DNA of 54,756 nucleotides from a virus. Taxonomy: Duplodnaviria > Caudoviricetes. Both the position numbers and the translations under genes were made by a program. Below, in pieces: positions 37,842-45,731 of this stretch. The stretch spans positions 1-54,756 of IMG/VR virus record IMGVR_UViG_3300046716_000023; one strand, given 5' to 3'. Numbering within the stretch: the stretch's first letter is position 1; each line of letters opens with the position of its first letter. The notes below the pieces were generated by a model. That model saw only the letters and a program-made list of their open reading frames with translations, was not told the DNA's origin and ran no database searches.

Positions 37842-38147
37842 ATGCCGCACATCAAGGAGAAGAACGTCAACGCCGCCCAGAAGAAGGCGGACAAGTTGGA
37901 CGTGGACGAGCTGAAGAAGCTCACCATCGAGCAGGTCGCCGGACTGGCGCTGCAGGTCGACGCGACCGAGAAGGCTCTGAAGGAGCAGGCGCGGATCGTG
38001 AAGCAGCACGTGCACAAGGTCTACGGACCGCTGTGCGCGAAGAAGAAGGAGCTGGAGATCGAGTACGCCTTCCTCGTGGCCAAGCTCGAGAAGGTCAAGG
38101 AGATCAACCCGGCCATCGCCGCGATCTCCAAGCTCGCGGGTCTCTAG
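37842..38147 (+). CDS. basic coiled-coil hypothetical protein
   Basis: AAAGGT RBS after the repeat; strong codon bias. Confidence 0.7.
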   Translation: MPHIKEKNVNAAQKKADKLDVDELKKLTIEQVAGLALQVDATEKALKEQARIVKQHVHKVYGPLCAKKKELEIEYAFLVAKLEKVKEINPAIAAISKLAGL

Positions 38148-38154
38148 ACTTCTA

Positions 38155-38440
38155 GCGACATCCGGAGATAAACCGCAACAATGTGGTACGAAGCTCGCGC
38201 TCCGCCTAACATAGCGGAATAAGTCGCAACATCGCTCCCGCCTGGGTGGGGAGACTCTAATTATTAGACGTTAGGGGCAGCCCCGAACTTTGAGCCCCGG
38301 GGTATGGCGGGGAATGTGGCGCCGAACACTGCGGAGAGGCTATAGCCTTCGGGGTGCGATCCATGGCTTTGCCGCCTACACCACGATACGGCCGGGAGAT
38401 GTCGTATCGCCGGGTACTGCACACTCGGCCCAAGCCCTAA
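38155..38440 (+). ncRNA. putative structured non-coding RNA (~290 nt), family not recognised; strand inferred from context and G-U pairs
   Basis: No ORF; at least 8 complementary segment pairs, including nested long-range helices. Confidence 0.55.
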
Positions 38441-38441
38441 A

Positions 38442-38497
38442 ACAAAATTTTATTTTGTAGGCTCCTATTTGATTTTGAATGCTGTAGTATGTATGCT
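38442..38497 (+). promoter_or_regulatory. sigma70-type promoter with AT-rich upstream palindrome
   Basis: TTGATT (38469-74), 17-bp spacer, TATGCT (38492-97); ACAAAAT-ttt-ATTTTGT at 38442-58. Confidence 0.65.
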
Positions 38498-38609
38498 ATG
38501 TCGATGAGAGGTGCAGTCAGTAGGGCCGGCGCTGAGTATGTGCTCTGCCCACCCGACCGATGCAGCCCGACACGGCATGCACAGGAGCCGGTAGAACCGG
38601 TAGCGTATC

Positions 38610-38963
38610 ATGGGTGAAGTGAACAAGCAGTCCGAGGGCGCGGTCGGTGGCGGAAGCCCGGTGAAGGGACCCAACACGCCGTTCGCCACGAAGAAGGGGA
38701 ACGAGGTCGTGATCCCCGAGACCCACGAGGTGACCGTCAAGGCGCGCATCGCCAAGGCGCCGAACCTCTCGGTCGACGGGCTCACCGAGTTCCCCTGCGC
38801 CGCCATCCTCGTCTACGCCAACGGCACCCGCGTGGTGCTCCCCATCCGCCAGCCGAAGCCGTCGTCGGCCTCGGGCAAGATCAACGCGTGGGGCGGCGGC
38901 AAGATGGCGCTCGAGGACAACACGCAGGTGCAGGTGGGCATCAACCTCACCGTGATGGAGTAG
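38610..38963 (+). CDS. small beta-rich protein, paralog 2
   Basis: Paralog of 37228-37521; almost all third positions are G/C. Confidence 0.85.
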   Translation: MGEVNKQSEGAVGGGSPVKGPNTPFATKKGNEVVIPETHEVTVKARIAKAPNLSVDGLTEFPCAAILVYANGTRVVLPIRQPKPSSASGKINAWGGGKMALEDNTQVQVGINLTVME

Positions 38964-38990
38964 TCCTCCAAGCGACCCAGCAGTACACGA

Positions 38991-39023
38991 CCCACCCACC
39001 CGGCGGAAGCCGGGTGCGGTGGG
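38991..39023 (+). terminator. GNRA-capped hairpin without U-tract
   Basis: CCCACC-CACCCGGC-GGAA-GCCGGGTG-C-GGTGGG. Confidence 0.5.
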
Positions 39024-39091
39024 CTGTGCCATTTCCCGGCTAGCGGCCGGCCTACGGTGGCAGGTAGTCACCATCACGGAGGGTAGAACCC

Positions 39092-39343
39092 TTGGCCAAG
39101 AAGGACGAAGTCGACCCCGCTCTGAAGCGCTGGGTCACTGCACACATGCCAGACAAAGCTGGCCCTCCGCCCGAGAAGGCGGACACCTCGTACACCATCT
39201 ATGTCTCCAAGTCGGAGGCAGAGCGCATCGCGAAGTGCCAGCGTGAGTTCGGCACGACGCGTCAAGAGGTCCTCCGCCGACTCGTTCAAGCGGGTCTGAA
39301 GCAGCTCGGCATCGCCACTGGATGGTGGACCGATGGCGAGTAG
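39092..39343 (+). CDS. ribbon-helix-helix-like DNA-binding protein
   Basis: YTIYVSKSEAERIAKCQREFGTTRQEVLRRLV pattern; TTG start with GGAGG. Confidence 0.6.
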   Translation: MAKKDEVDPALKRWVTAHMPDKAGPPPEKADTSYTIYVSKSEAERIAKCQREFGTTRQEVLRRLVQAGLKQLGIATGWWTDGE

Positions 39344-39584
39344 AACCATCCACGTCCGTGCGTACGACCGGACCATGGGCACTGCGTACCCGAAGTGGAT
39401 CCTCATCAACATGCCGGGTCACGGACTCGGTCGAGCGCTGGTCGACATCCGTAAGGCTCGCTGGACCGATGACCTCGGGCAAGCGAAGCTGTACTTCCGG
39501 AACCGACTCAAGAGGTTCTGCAAGGAGCAGTATGGTGAGGACTGGGAAGACAACCCGAACCTCATCCTGCTGGCGGTGAGGTAG
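39333..39584 (+). CDS. hypothetical protein
   Basis: ORF chain. Confidence 0.6.
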   Translation: MASRTIHVRAYDRTMGTAYPKWILINMPGHGLGRALVDIRKARWTDDLGQAKLYFRNRLKRFCKEQYGEDWEDNPNLILLAVR

Positions 39585-39805
39585 TGTGGATCCTCATCCT
39601 CTACTCCAACGGTGAGATCGTCCAGATCCACCTGTTCGAGGAGATCCACAAGGCCAGCCGCATGGCTCGAGACTGGGTCGGTGAGTCCGCATGGAACTCC
39701 GACTGGGTTCTCCTGCCTGAGGTCGAAGAGTCCGCCTCGTACTACTGCGAGGACGGGAACTCGAAGATGGCTGTGTGGGCACGACGGGAGGTAACCCCGC
39801 GATGA
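39584..39805 (+). CDS. hypothetical protein
   Basis: ORF chain. Confidence 0.6.
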   Translation: MWILILYSNGEIVQIHLFEEIHKASRMARDWVGESAWNSDWVLLPEVEESASYYCEDGNSKMAVWARREVTPR

Positions 39806-40026
39806 CCCACTGCCAGATCTCGAGATGCGATGCATGCCTCGCGCTCTCAGCCATCTGCATGAGGATCCGGACTCTCAAGAAGATGACCGGACCCCAGCGT
39901 CTCCTCGACATCGTCCGCTTCCCCAACGCCTACCCGTACGACGACCTCGTCGCGCACGCTAGGCGGATGACTGCGGCGGGTCACCGCGTGAAGTACAGCC
40001 GGTGGAAGGGAAGGCGAGAGATATGA
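39802..40026 (+). CDS. hypothetical protein
   Basis: GGAGG RBS and ATGA overlaps. Confidence 0.6.
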   Translation: MTHCQISRCDACLALSAICMRIRTLKKMTGPQRLLDIVRFPNAYPYDDLVAHARRMTAAGHRVKYSRWKGRREI

Positions 40027-40262
40027 GCTTGCGATCCCAGCTGCGAAGGGTGGATCAGCTCACCCACGTCTACATCGCGACCTTCTGGTCCGATAGGAAG
40101 ACAGGCTTCACGGAGATCTTCCGATCCCTCGAGTCCGCTCAGCGCTTCTGCAAGCGGAAGAAGTGGAAGTCCTTCGGCACGACCTCGGGTACCACGTGGG
40201 TTTGTGAGACCACGCTCGGGATCTACAAGATCCGGAGGAGGAAGATCCGTGGCCGCGCGTAA
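40023..40262 (+). CDS. basic hypothetical protein
   Basis: ATGA overlap. Confidence 0.55.
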   Translation: MSLRSQLRRVDQLTHVYIATFWSDRKTGFTEIFRSLESAQRFCKRKKWKSFGTTSGTTWVCETTLGIYKIRRRKIRGRA

Positions 40263-40446
40263 CCAGTGCTCGCAGTGCAAAGAGCGGGCGAAGCTCTGCC
40301 GCAAATGCAGAACCTTCCTCTGCCATCACCACTACGTGAACCACTCGTGCATGATCGACCGTGGGGATCTCGATGATCCCAGCGAAGCGGTCATGGCGTA
40401 CCAGATCCGTCGCGACGAGGAGTTGCGGCGAGAGGAGGACCTGTGA
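40249..40446 (+). CDS. small Cys/His-rich (AN1/B-box-like) Zn-finger protein
   Basis: CSQC...CRKC...LCHHH...HSC. Confidence 0.55.
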   Translation: MAARNQCSQCKERAKLCRKCRTFLCHHHYVNHSCMIDRGDLDDPSEAVMAYQIRRDEELRREEDL

Positions 40447-40754
40447 TCCCCGGAGATTTCAAGGCTGAGTTGGACCGCATCTGCGCTCTCTTTGCGCAGA
40501 CGGAGCGGAAGCTCAACGAGGAGCTCATCATCAAGAAGCGCTTCTCGTGGAAGCACGACGCGCTCGAATACCCGATGCACTTCGAACCCCTGAAGGGTCG
40601 GTGGCGCATCTTCTACGGCGACAAGCCGATCAACGACTGTTCCGCGGTCGAGAAGGTCGACGTGGCGGAGGTCCTGGACAAGTTCGAGGAGGCGTACATC
40701 GCCGACCTCAACATGCTGGCCGAGAGGGCCAAGAAAGCGGGGAGGAAGGAATGA
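40443..40754 (+). CDS. hypothetical protein
   Basis: GAGGAG RBS and overlaps. Confidence 0.65.
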   Translation: MIPGDFKAELDRICALFAQTERKLNEELIIKKRFSWKHDALEYPMHFEPLKGRWRIFYGDKPINDCSAVEKVDVAEVLDKFEEAYIADLNMLAERAKKAGRKE

Positions 40755-40987
40755 GCACGCTCCAGATCAAGGTTCGAGCCAAGAACCTCGGCGGGGAGCA
40801 CATCCACATCGACTTCTGGGAGCGCAAGCTCCCGTCGGAGACGTGGCAGAAGAACGGGACCATCATCATGAGTCCCGTCCTCGCCGTCCTGTTCCTGTGC
40901 AGGATCTCTCCTAGCACCAAAGAGAACCCCGACATCGTCGGGGACAAAGAGATCGAGTTCACCGTCAACTGGGAGGTCCCGTCATGA
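40751..40987 (+). CDS. hypothetical protein
   Basis: ATGA overlaps. Confidence 0.6.
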   Translation: MSTLQIKVRAKNLGGEHIHIDFWERKLPSETWQKNGTIIMSPVLAVLFLCRISPSTKENPDIVGDKEIEFTVNWEVPS

Positions 40988-41775
40988 GCCAGGTCTATTG
41001 CGGCAACTGCGGTCACCCGTGTGACTCGCAGTGCCAGAAGGTTCGAGGCTTCCAGGTCTGCCAGACGTCCTGTGGCGACCGCGTAGAGGAGATGTTCCGC
41101 GAAGGCGAGCTCGCTGCTCGCGAAGGGCGGATGACCAAATACCAGATCGCTGGTGCCGCGCTCAACGGGGTTCCGTGGCGCGACACCGAGTCCGCCGCCC
41201 GCAATGTGGCTGAGTGGGCGGCTCGCAACCTGTACAAGAAGCCGCGCGATCTCCTGCGCATCAACCCGAAGATGGTGCTCGACGAGGCCATCGGTGGGAA
41301 CTGGGAGGCGGAGATCCGGAAGGGTAAGGGTCTCCGACTCAAGATCCGAGCGATCGCGGATTGGGCGTGTGACCACATGGTCATCGACCCCAAGAAGTGC
41401 TGGGCATGCAGCAAGCCCAGCGTGTCGTTCTACCGCGATCTCCCGGTCTGCGGCGACTGCCTGCGCAAGTGCGGTCAGCCGAATCCCGAAGAGCTGAGCA
41501 TGAACGTGAAGCGGGTCATGGAGACCATCGACGGGGTCTACGCCAAAGCGGCGAAGAAGCCGGTGATCCACAACCATCGCGAGATGTGCACGCAACGCAA
41601 CATCCGCCACTCATACTACGTCAAGACTCCCGCTGGCTTCCTGATCCACGATCTCGGGCTGACGCCTAACCAGCGTGACTGCCAGATGTGGACCCGCGAC
41701 GAGCTGGAGTTCTTCGTGAAGCCGCAGTTCAAAGACATCGGCACGCCGCTCGAGATCTTCCGGGTGGTCAAGTGA
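40984..41775 (+). CDS. Cys-rich multi-module hypothetical protein
   Basis: GGAGG RBS; several CxxC pairs. Confidence 0.65.
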   Translation: MSQVYCGNCGHPCDSQCQKVRGFQVCQTSCGDRVEEMFREGELAAREGRMTKYQIAGAALNGVPWRDTESAARNVAEWAARNLYKKPRDLLRINPKMVLDEAIGGNWEAEIRKGKGLRLKIRAIADWACDHMVIDPKKCWACSKPSVSFYRDLPVCGDCLRKCGQPNPEELSMNVKRVMETIDGVYAKAAKKPVIHNHREMCTQRNIRHSYYVKTPAGFLIHDLGLTPNQRDCQMWTRDELEFFVKPQFKDIGTPLEIFRVVK

Positions 41776-42029
41776 GACACCTCGTCATCATCCGCAACCA
41801 CATGACCCCGCTCGAGATCGACGTCCCACCGGTCGTCAAGTCGTTCAGGGAGGTCGAGCAGTACATCCAGAACCTCCTCGGTGGCGTGATCCTCGTGGGG
41901 TTCGTGGAGGTCCACGATCCCGAGATCCGGACCTGCCACGCGTGCAAGGGGTCCGGGATCTATCGATCGGTCAACAAGCTCGTCGAGGTCTGCACGTGCC
42001 TCAAGGCGATCGGGATCACACGCCAATGA
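41772..42029 (+). CDS. hypothetical protein with CxxCxGxG motif
   Basis: GTGA/ATGA overlaps. Confidence 0.6.
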   Translation: MRHLVIIRNHMTPLEIDVPPVVKSFREVEQYIQNLLGGVILVGFVEVHDPEIRTCHACKGSGIYRSVNKLVEVCTCLKAIGITRQ

Positions 42030-42436
42030 GCCTCGTACCGACGTACGTCCGCCTCGCGGACGGGAAGTGGTACAAGGATCCCGTGTTCCGCGTGTGGGAC
42101 GACGGGTCCTTCATCTGCATGGATGACGATGACCCACCTGAGCTGGTGAGCTTCAACATCCTGCGAGGTCATCACGCCGTGTCCCTCGAGTTGACCAGAC
42201 TTGGGTTCTCCAACGCGGACATCCGTTCAGGCACGATGGCCTGCATGCGTCAGCCGCTCGACAAGCGTTCGCGCTTCAAGCAGGCGGCTACGTGGTGGAT
42301 CCACAACGAGACCGGTGTCATCTCACCGGAGCACGTGGTGGAGAACGACGGGGTCTACGTGAAGACGCCCAACAGACAGGGTGTCTACTACGACTGGTCG
42401 ACCCACAACCCGCCACACTTGCGAGGTCCCAGATGA
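42026..42436 (+). CDS. hypothetical protein
   Basis: ATGA overlaps. Confidence 0.6.
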   Translation: MSLVPTYVRLADGKWYKDPVFRVWDDGSFICMDDDDPPELVSFNILRGHHAVSLELTRLGFSNADIRSGTMACMRQPLDKRSRFKQAATWWIHNETGVISPEHVVENDGVYVKTPNRQGVYYDWSTHNPPHLRGPR

Positions 42437-42714
42437 TCATGGTGTGGGTCGCTGAGGGAACTCCCGAACCCGTCCCGGATGAGTTCTTCCGGGACGGCGG
42501 GGTGAAGATCCCGGAATACCGAGTCAGCTACGACTCGGAGCGTCGGCGACCCTGGATGTGCGAGTGCCCGCACAACACGTACCGCAAGGTCACGTGTAAG
42601 CACATCGTCAAGTACTACCCCGAACTGAAGCGCCACCAGGAGCTCATCTCCTGGTGGCACGTTCAGATCGGCAGATCGCTCACGCCGGAAGACCGGCTTG
42701 AGCTCTTGTCCTAA
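42433..42714 (+). CDS. SWIM Zn-finger protein
   Basis: WMCECP...TCKHI (CxC...CxH). Confidence 0.75.
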   Translation: MIMVWVAEGTPEPVPDEFFRDGGVKIPEYRVSYDSERRRPWMCECPHNTYRKVTCKHIVKYYPELKRHQELISWWHVQIGRSLTPEDRLELLS

Positions 42715-43640
42715 GGGTCCACCATCGCCATCAGCAGCTCAGGCGGCGCACCCCGAAGTTCGGGCGGAAGGATCTCGTCGGCCATGATCTTGGACCACAT
42801 CAGCTGCAGCTCCGACAGGAGCCGCAACTGGAAGTCCCGACCCACGTGACACCGGTACACGTAGATCTCCACGGTGTCCGAGTCCACGAGCAGGATCTTG
42901 TCAATCCGCCCGGTGATCTCCGACCCCGGTCCGTCGCCCATCATCCAGGCGTACATGGCGATCTGGATCGCCCAACGCTCGGACAGGATCTCGAGCGGCT
43001 CGATCGCTCGAGCGTGAGGACCTTCGTCGATCCACACCGACTTCCCTTCCTCCATCCGCTGGACGTAGCGGTAGGAGTACCCCGGTTCCGGCGTCGCCCG
43101 ATTGGTGCTGAACGCCCCGGAGGTCTTCCAGTCTGTCACGATCCGCCGGCCGTTGGCGAACAGTTCCAGGTCCAGCTTGCCCCAGATCGGCACGCCGTTG
43201 ACCATGTGGACTTTGTCCGCCGGCGTGATCTCGATGTTGGTGAGGTTCTGCAAGAGTGTCCGCATGGCCGGACTCTCCTTGTAGGCGTGGTACGCCCGCA
43301 GTCCCTCCCACAACACGAGCTGCTCGAACTTGTCGAGCGATCCCTTGCGCCCGAGCATCCTGGCCTCGATCCCGTCCTCGAGCATGGAGGGCGAGAGATC
43401 CCTCCGTCCGACGGTCGACGCCAGGTGGTACTTGATGTGGGTGTCGAAGACGTTGCCCACCGCCATCTGCGGCGTCTGGGCAGGTCTCGGCGGTTTGATC
43501 TCGGGCGGTGCGAGGTATCGCATCCAATACCCCACGGGGTTCTCGCGCCACAGCATGAAGCTGGTGGGCGAGATGTAGGACGGTTTCCCGTCCGCCTGTC
43601 TCGGCGGACCATGGGAGGGAATAGATGGACTGTTGCTCAT
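42711..43640 (-). CDS. PD-(D/E)XK exonuclease (Cas4/RecB-like)
   Basis: ISPTS, GKLD, DWKT and QIAMY motifs. Confidence 0.85.
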   Translation of the reverse strand: MSNSPSIPSHGPPRQADGKPSYISPTSFMLWRENPVGYWMRYLAPPEIKPPRPAQTPQMAVGNVFDTHIKYHLASTVGRRDLSPSMLEDGIEARMLGRKGSLDKFEQLVLWEGLRAYHAYKESPAMRTLLQNLTNIEITPADKVHMVNGVPIWGKLDLELFANGRRIVTDWKTSGAFSTNRATPEPGYSYRYVQRMEEGKSVWIDEGPHARAIEPLEILSERWAIQIAMYAWMMGDGPGSEITGRIDKILLVDSDTVEIYVYRCHVGRDFQLRLLSELQLMWSKIMADEILPPELRGAPPELLMAMVDP

Positions 43641-43685
43641 GTGGTCTTGCCTTCCTTGCGGTGGTTCTCTTCTGTCGCCTGTGGA

Positions 43686-44501
43686 CTAGCCGCGCAGATC
43701 GAGCGCGGGGCAGAGCTTCCGGACTTCGTCGACGAAGATGAGTTCCTTGTAGCCCTCCTGCCCGACCATCCCGCAGAACTCCTGCGAGAGCTTGAGGATG
43801 GCGTTCATCCGCTCGTTGGCCCACCACGACGCCTTCGCGTCGCACTTCGAGAGGTGCGGGTCGTACAGGATCCCGAGCACCTGGCAGACGTTCGTCAGCG
43901 ACCACTTGCCGAAGTGGAGGATCCCGGCCTTCTGCAGCGCGTACGCGAGCGTGGCCGTGTCCTGGTAGTGGTAGTCAAACATCATCGACCACGGAAGGTC
44001 GACGCCGACGTACGTCAGCTGCTTGAGGAACGGCACGTCGAACGGGCCGACGTTGTGGCCGACGAGGTGGAACTGCGGCGAGCCGATCGACTTCCACCAC
44101 GTGAGCAGGCGCTTCGCGCACTCCTCGATCGGGATCCCTTCCTCCGGGTTCAGGCCGTTGGCCTGCAGCGCACGCGGGTGGATCGTGAGATCCTGACCGA
44201 AGCGTCCCTTGCGACCGGTCGCCTTGATGCGCTCCGAGAAACACGGACCCGTGGGATGCCACAGATCCACCGACATGATCGGTGCCAGTTCGGCCTCCAA
44301 CCCTCCGGTCTCGGTGTCCAATGCGATGTCCATGGTAGCAACCTCCTCGAAGCTCAACGTCCGTCCAGGCATCCCGACGCCCTCCTCGGTGAGGAGTTCA
44401 TGCAATCGTTCCAGACTGGAGGGACAGTCGGGTGCGTGCCGCTCTTCGCGGTTACGACCCCAACCCAACAGTACTCCCGAACAGCAATCCAAAGGCTTCA
44501 C
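43686..44501 (-). CDS. DEDDh 3'-5' exonuclease (start may be 44372)
   Basis: LDTETGGL, VGHNVGPFD and HLSKCDA. Confidence 0.85.
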   Translation of the reverse strand: MKPLDCCSGVLLGWGRNREERHAPDCPSSLERLHELLTEEGVGMPGRTLSFEEVATMDIALDTETGGLEAELAPIMSVDLWHPTGPCFSERIKATGRKGRFGQDLTIHPRALQANGLNPEEGIPIEECAKRLLTWWKSIGSPQFHLVGHNVGPFDVPFLKQLTYVGVDLPWSMMFDYHYQDTATLAYALQKAGILHFGKWSLTNVCQVLGILYDPHLSKCDAKASWWANERMNAILKLSQEFCGMVGQEGYKELIFVDEVRKLCPALDLRG

Positions 44502-44857
44502 GGCCTCATCTCCTTGACTGTGTACTTCCACCAGTTCGGCTTCTCGAACAGGAGGGGATAGTCGTGCATCGTCTCAAGGATCCAGATCCCAACGCCATGC
44601 GTCTGGAAGTCGATGAACACCGTGTACTGGTCCGGAGTCAACCGACCGGTCTTCGGGCGCTTCGTCTCGATGAACCGCGTCCCGTGTGTCGGGTGCGCCG
44701 CGAAAACGTCTGGCCAACCCGTCATCGAGTCATGCATGACGGTGATCTTGCGCACCATCCAACCCCGAGCGATCATGAATGCCCGGAGCTCTTGGTAGTG
44801 ATCCTTCTCGAGCATCGCGCCATCTTTGCCCGATCCGGCGAGCTTCTGGACCGGCAT
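44498..44857 (-). CDS. VRR-NUC nuclease (resolvase-like)
   Basis: GWPD, FIETK and GRLTPDQ. Confidence 0.85.
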   Translation of the reverse strand: MPVQKLAGSGKDGAMLEKDHYQELRAFMIARGWMVRKITVMHDSMTGWPDVFAAHPTHGTRFIETKRPKTGRLTPDQYTVFIDFQTHGVGIWILETMHDYPLLFEKPNWWKYTVKEMRP

Positions 44858-44890
44858 CTTGCGCGATCCTTTGCGGCTCCACGGGTTCAT

Positions 44891-45391
44891 CTATCCCTCC
44901 ACCGGTCCGATGGCATATGCCACCGCACCCATGTACTCCACGATGAAGTGCCTTCCAGCCTTCACCGCCTCGACGATGTCGAGCTGATGCTTCAGCACCC
45001 AGTTCGAGGACACCGTGGCAACTCCGTCCAAACCGAAGTCTGCCACGCAGTCCTTGACCTCGCGCTGATAGTCATCCCGCATCCTCTTGGTCTCGACGGG
45101 ATGCTTCTCACGCCAGGCGATGTTGGAGAGCAGCTTGCACTTCATGCAGTAGGACGTCTCGTAGTACTTCTTCCGACGTCCGTCCCAGTGCATCACCGTC
45201 TTGAACAACGTCCTCCCGTGGGGATGCTGCTTGTTCTTGCAGACCTTGTACCTGCTCGGGACCGCGGGTTTCGGTTGCGGCTTCCCAGCACGGACCATCG
45301 CTTTCTCATGACCGTTCCGAGGTCCGCGAGTCCACCCCAACTTCTCCCAATCCTTCAGCTCTTGGGCAGACTCCCTTATTCGTCGCTGCAT
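44891..45391 (-). CDS. basic hypothetical protein with Zn-ribbon-like motif
   Basis: CKNKQH...CMKC. Confidence 0.55.
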   Translation of the reverse strand: MQRRIRESAQELKDWEKLGWTRGPRNGHEKAMVRAGKPQPKPAVPSRYKVCKNKQHPHGRTLFKTVMHWDGRRKKYYETSYCMKCKLLSNIAWREKHPVETKRMRDDYQREVKDCVADFGLDGVATVSSNWVLKHQLDIVEAVKAGRHFIVEYMGAVAYAIGPVEG

Positions 45392-45540
45392 CGTTTGACC
45401 CCGCAGTTCGGGCACTTCATATCCCGCATCGCTGCCAACGTCCGGTCCATCTCGGCCAACTGCTTGGCGACGGACTTCTCCATGCGCCTGATCTCCGCCT
45501 CCAAGCGCTTCAGCGCGAACCAGCGGACGAGGAACTTCAT
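45376..45540 (-). CDS. hypothetical protein (54 aa)
   Basis: Translated by hand, MKFLVRWF...CPNC...; ATGA overlap and GGAGG. Confidence 0.5.
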   Translation of the reverse strand: MKFLVRWFALKRLEAEIRRMEKSVAKQLAEMDRTLAAMRDMKCPNCGVKRCSDE

Positions 45541-45731
45541 ACCTCCTCCAGCGTCAGGTACGCCTCACCGATCTCGGTCCGCATCACCATCTGCGGGGCG
45601 TAGATCATGACGAGCCCCTGCTTCTCCGCTGCGGAGATCGTGCGGCGATCGTGGGTCTCCACCAACGACACCATGCTCTTGGGGTCGTCGAGATCCCGCA
45701 GGAGTGCAACCATCCTAGCCCTGGTCGACAT
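45537..45731 (-). CDS. hypothetical protein
   Basis: ORF chain after primase. Confidence 0.55.
   Translation of the reverse strand: MSTRARMVALLRDLDDPKSMVSLVETHDRRTISAAEKQGLVMIYAPQMVMRTEIGEAYLTLEEV

Noticed and set aside
38155-38440. tRNA or tmRNA
   Set aside because: No T-arm GTTCRA, acceptor stem with CCA end, or tag reading frame is seen on either strand.
37228-38963. Diversity-generating retroelement template/variable repeat pair
   Set aside because: No reverse transcriptase is present; many differences are at synonymous sites and they are not confined to adenines.
42711-43640. Cas4 as a CRISPR component
   Set aside because: It is a solo PD-(D/E)XK nuclease in a replication block, with no Fe-S cysteine cluster or array.
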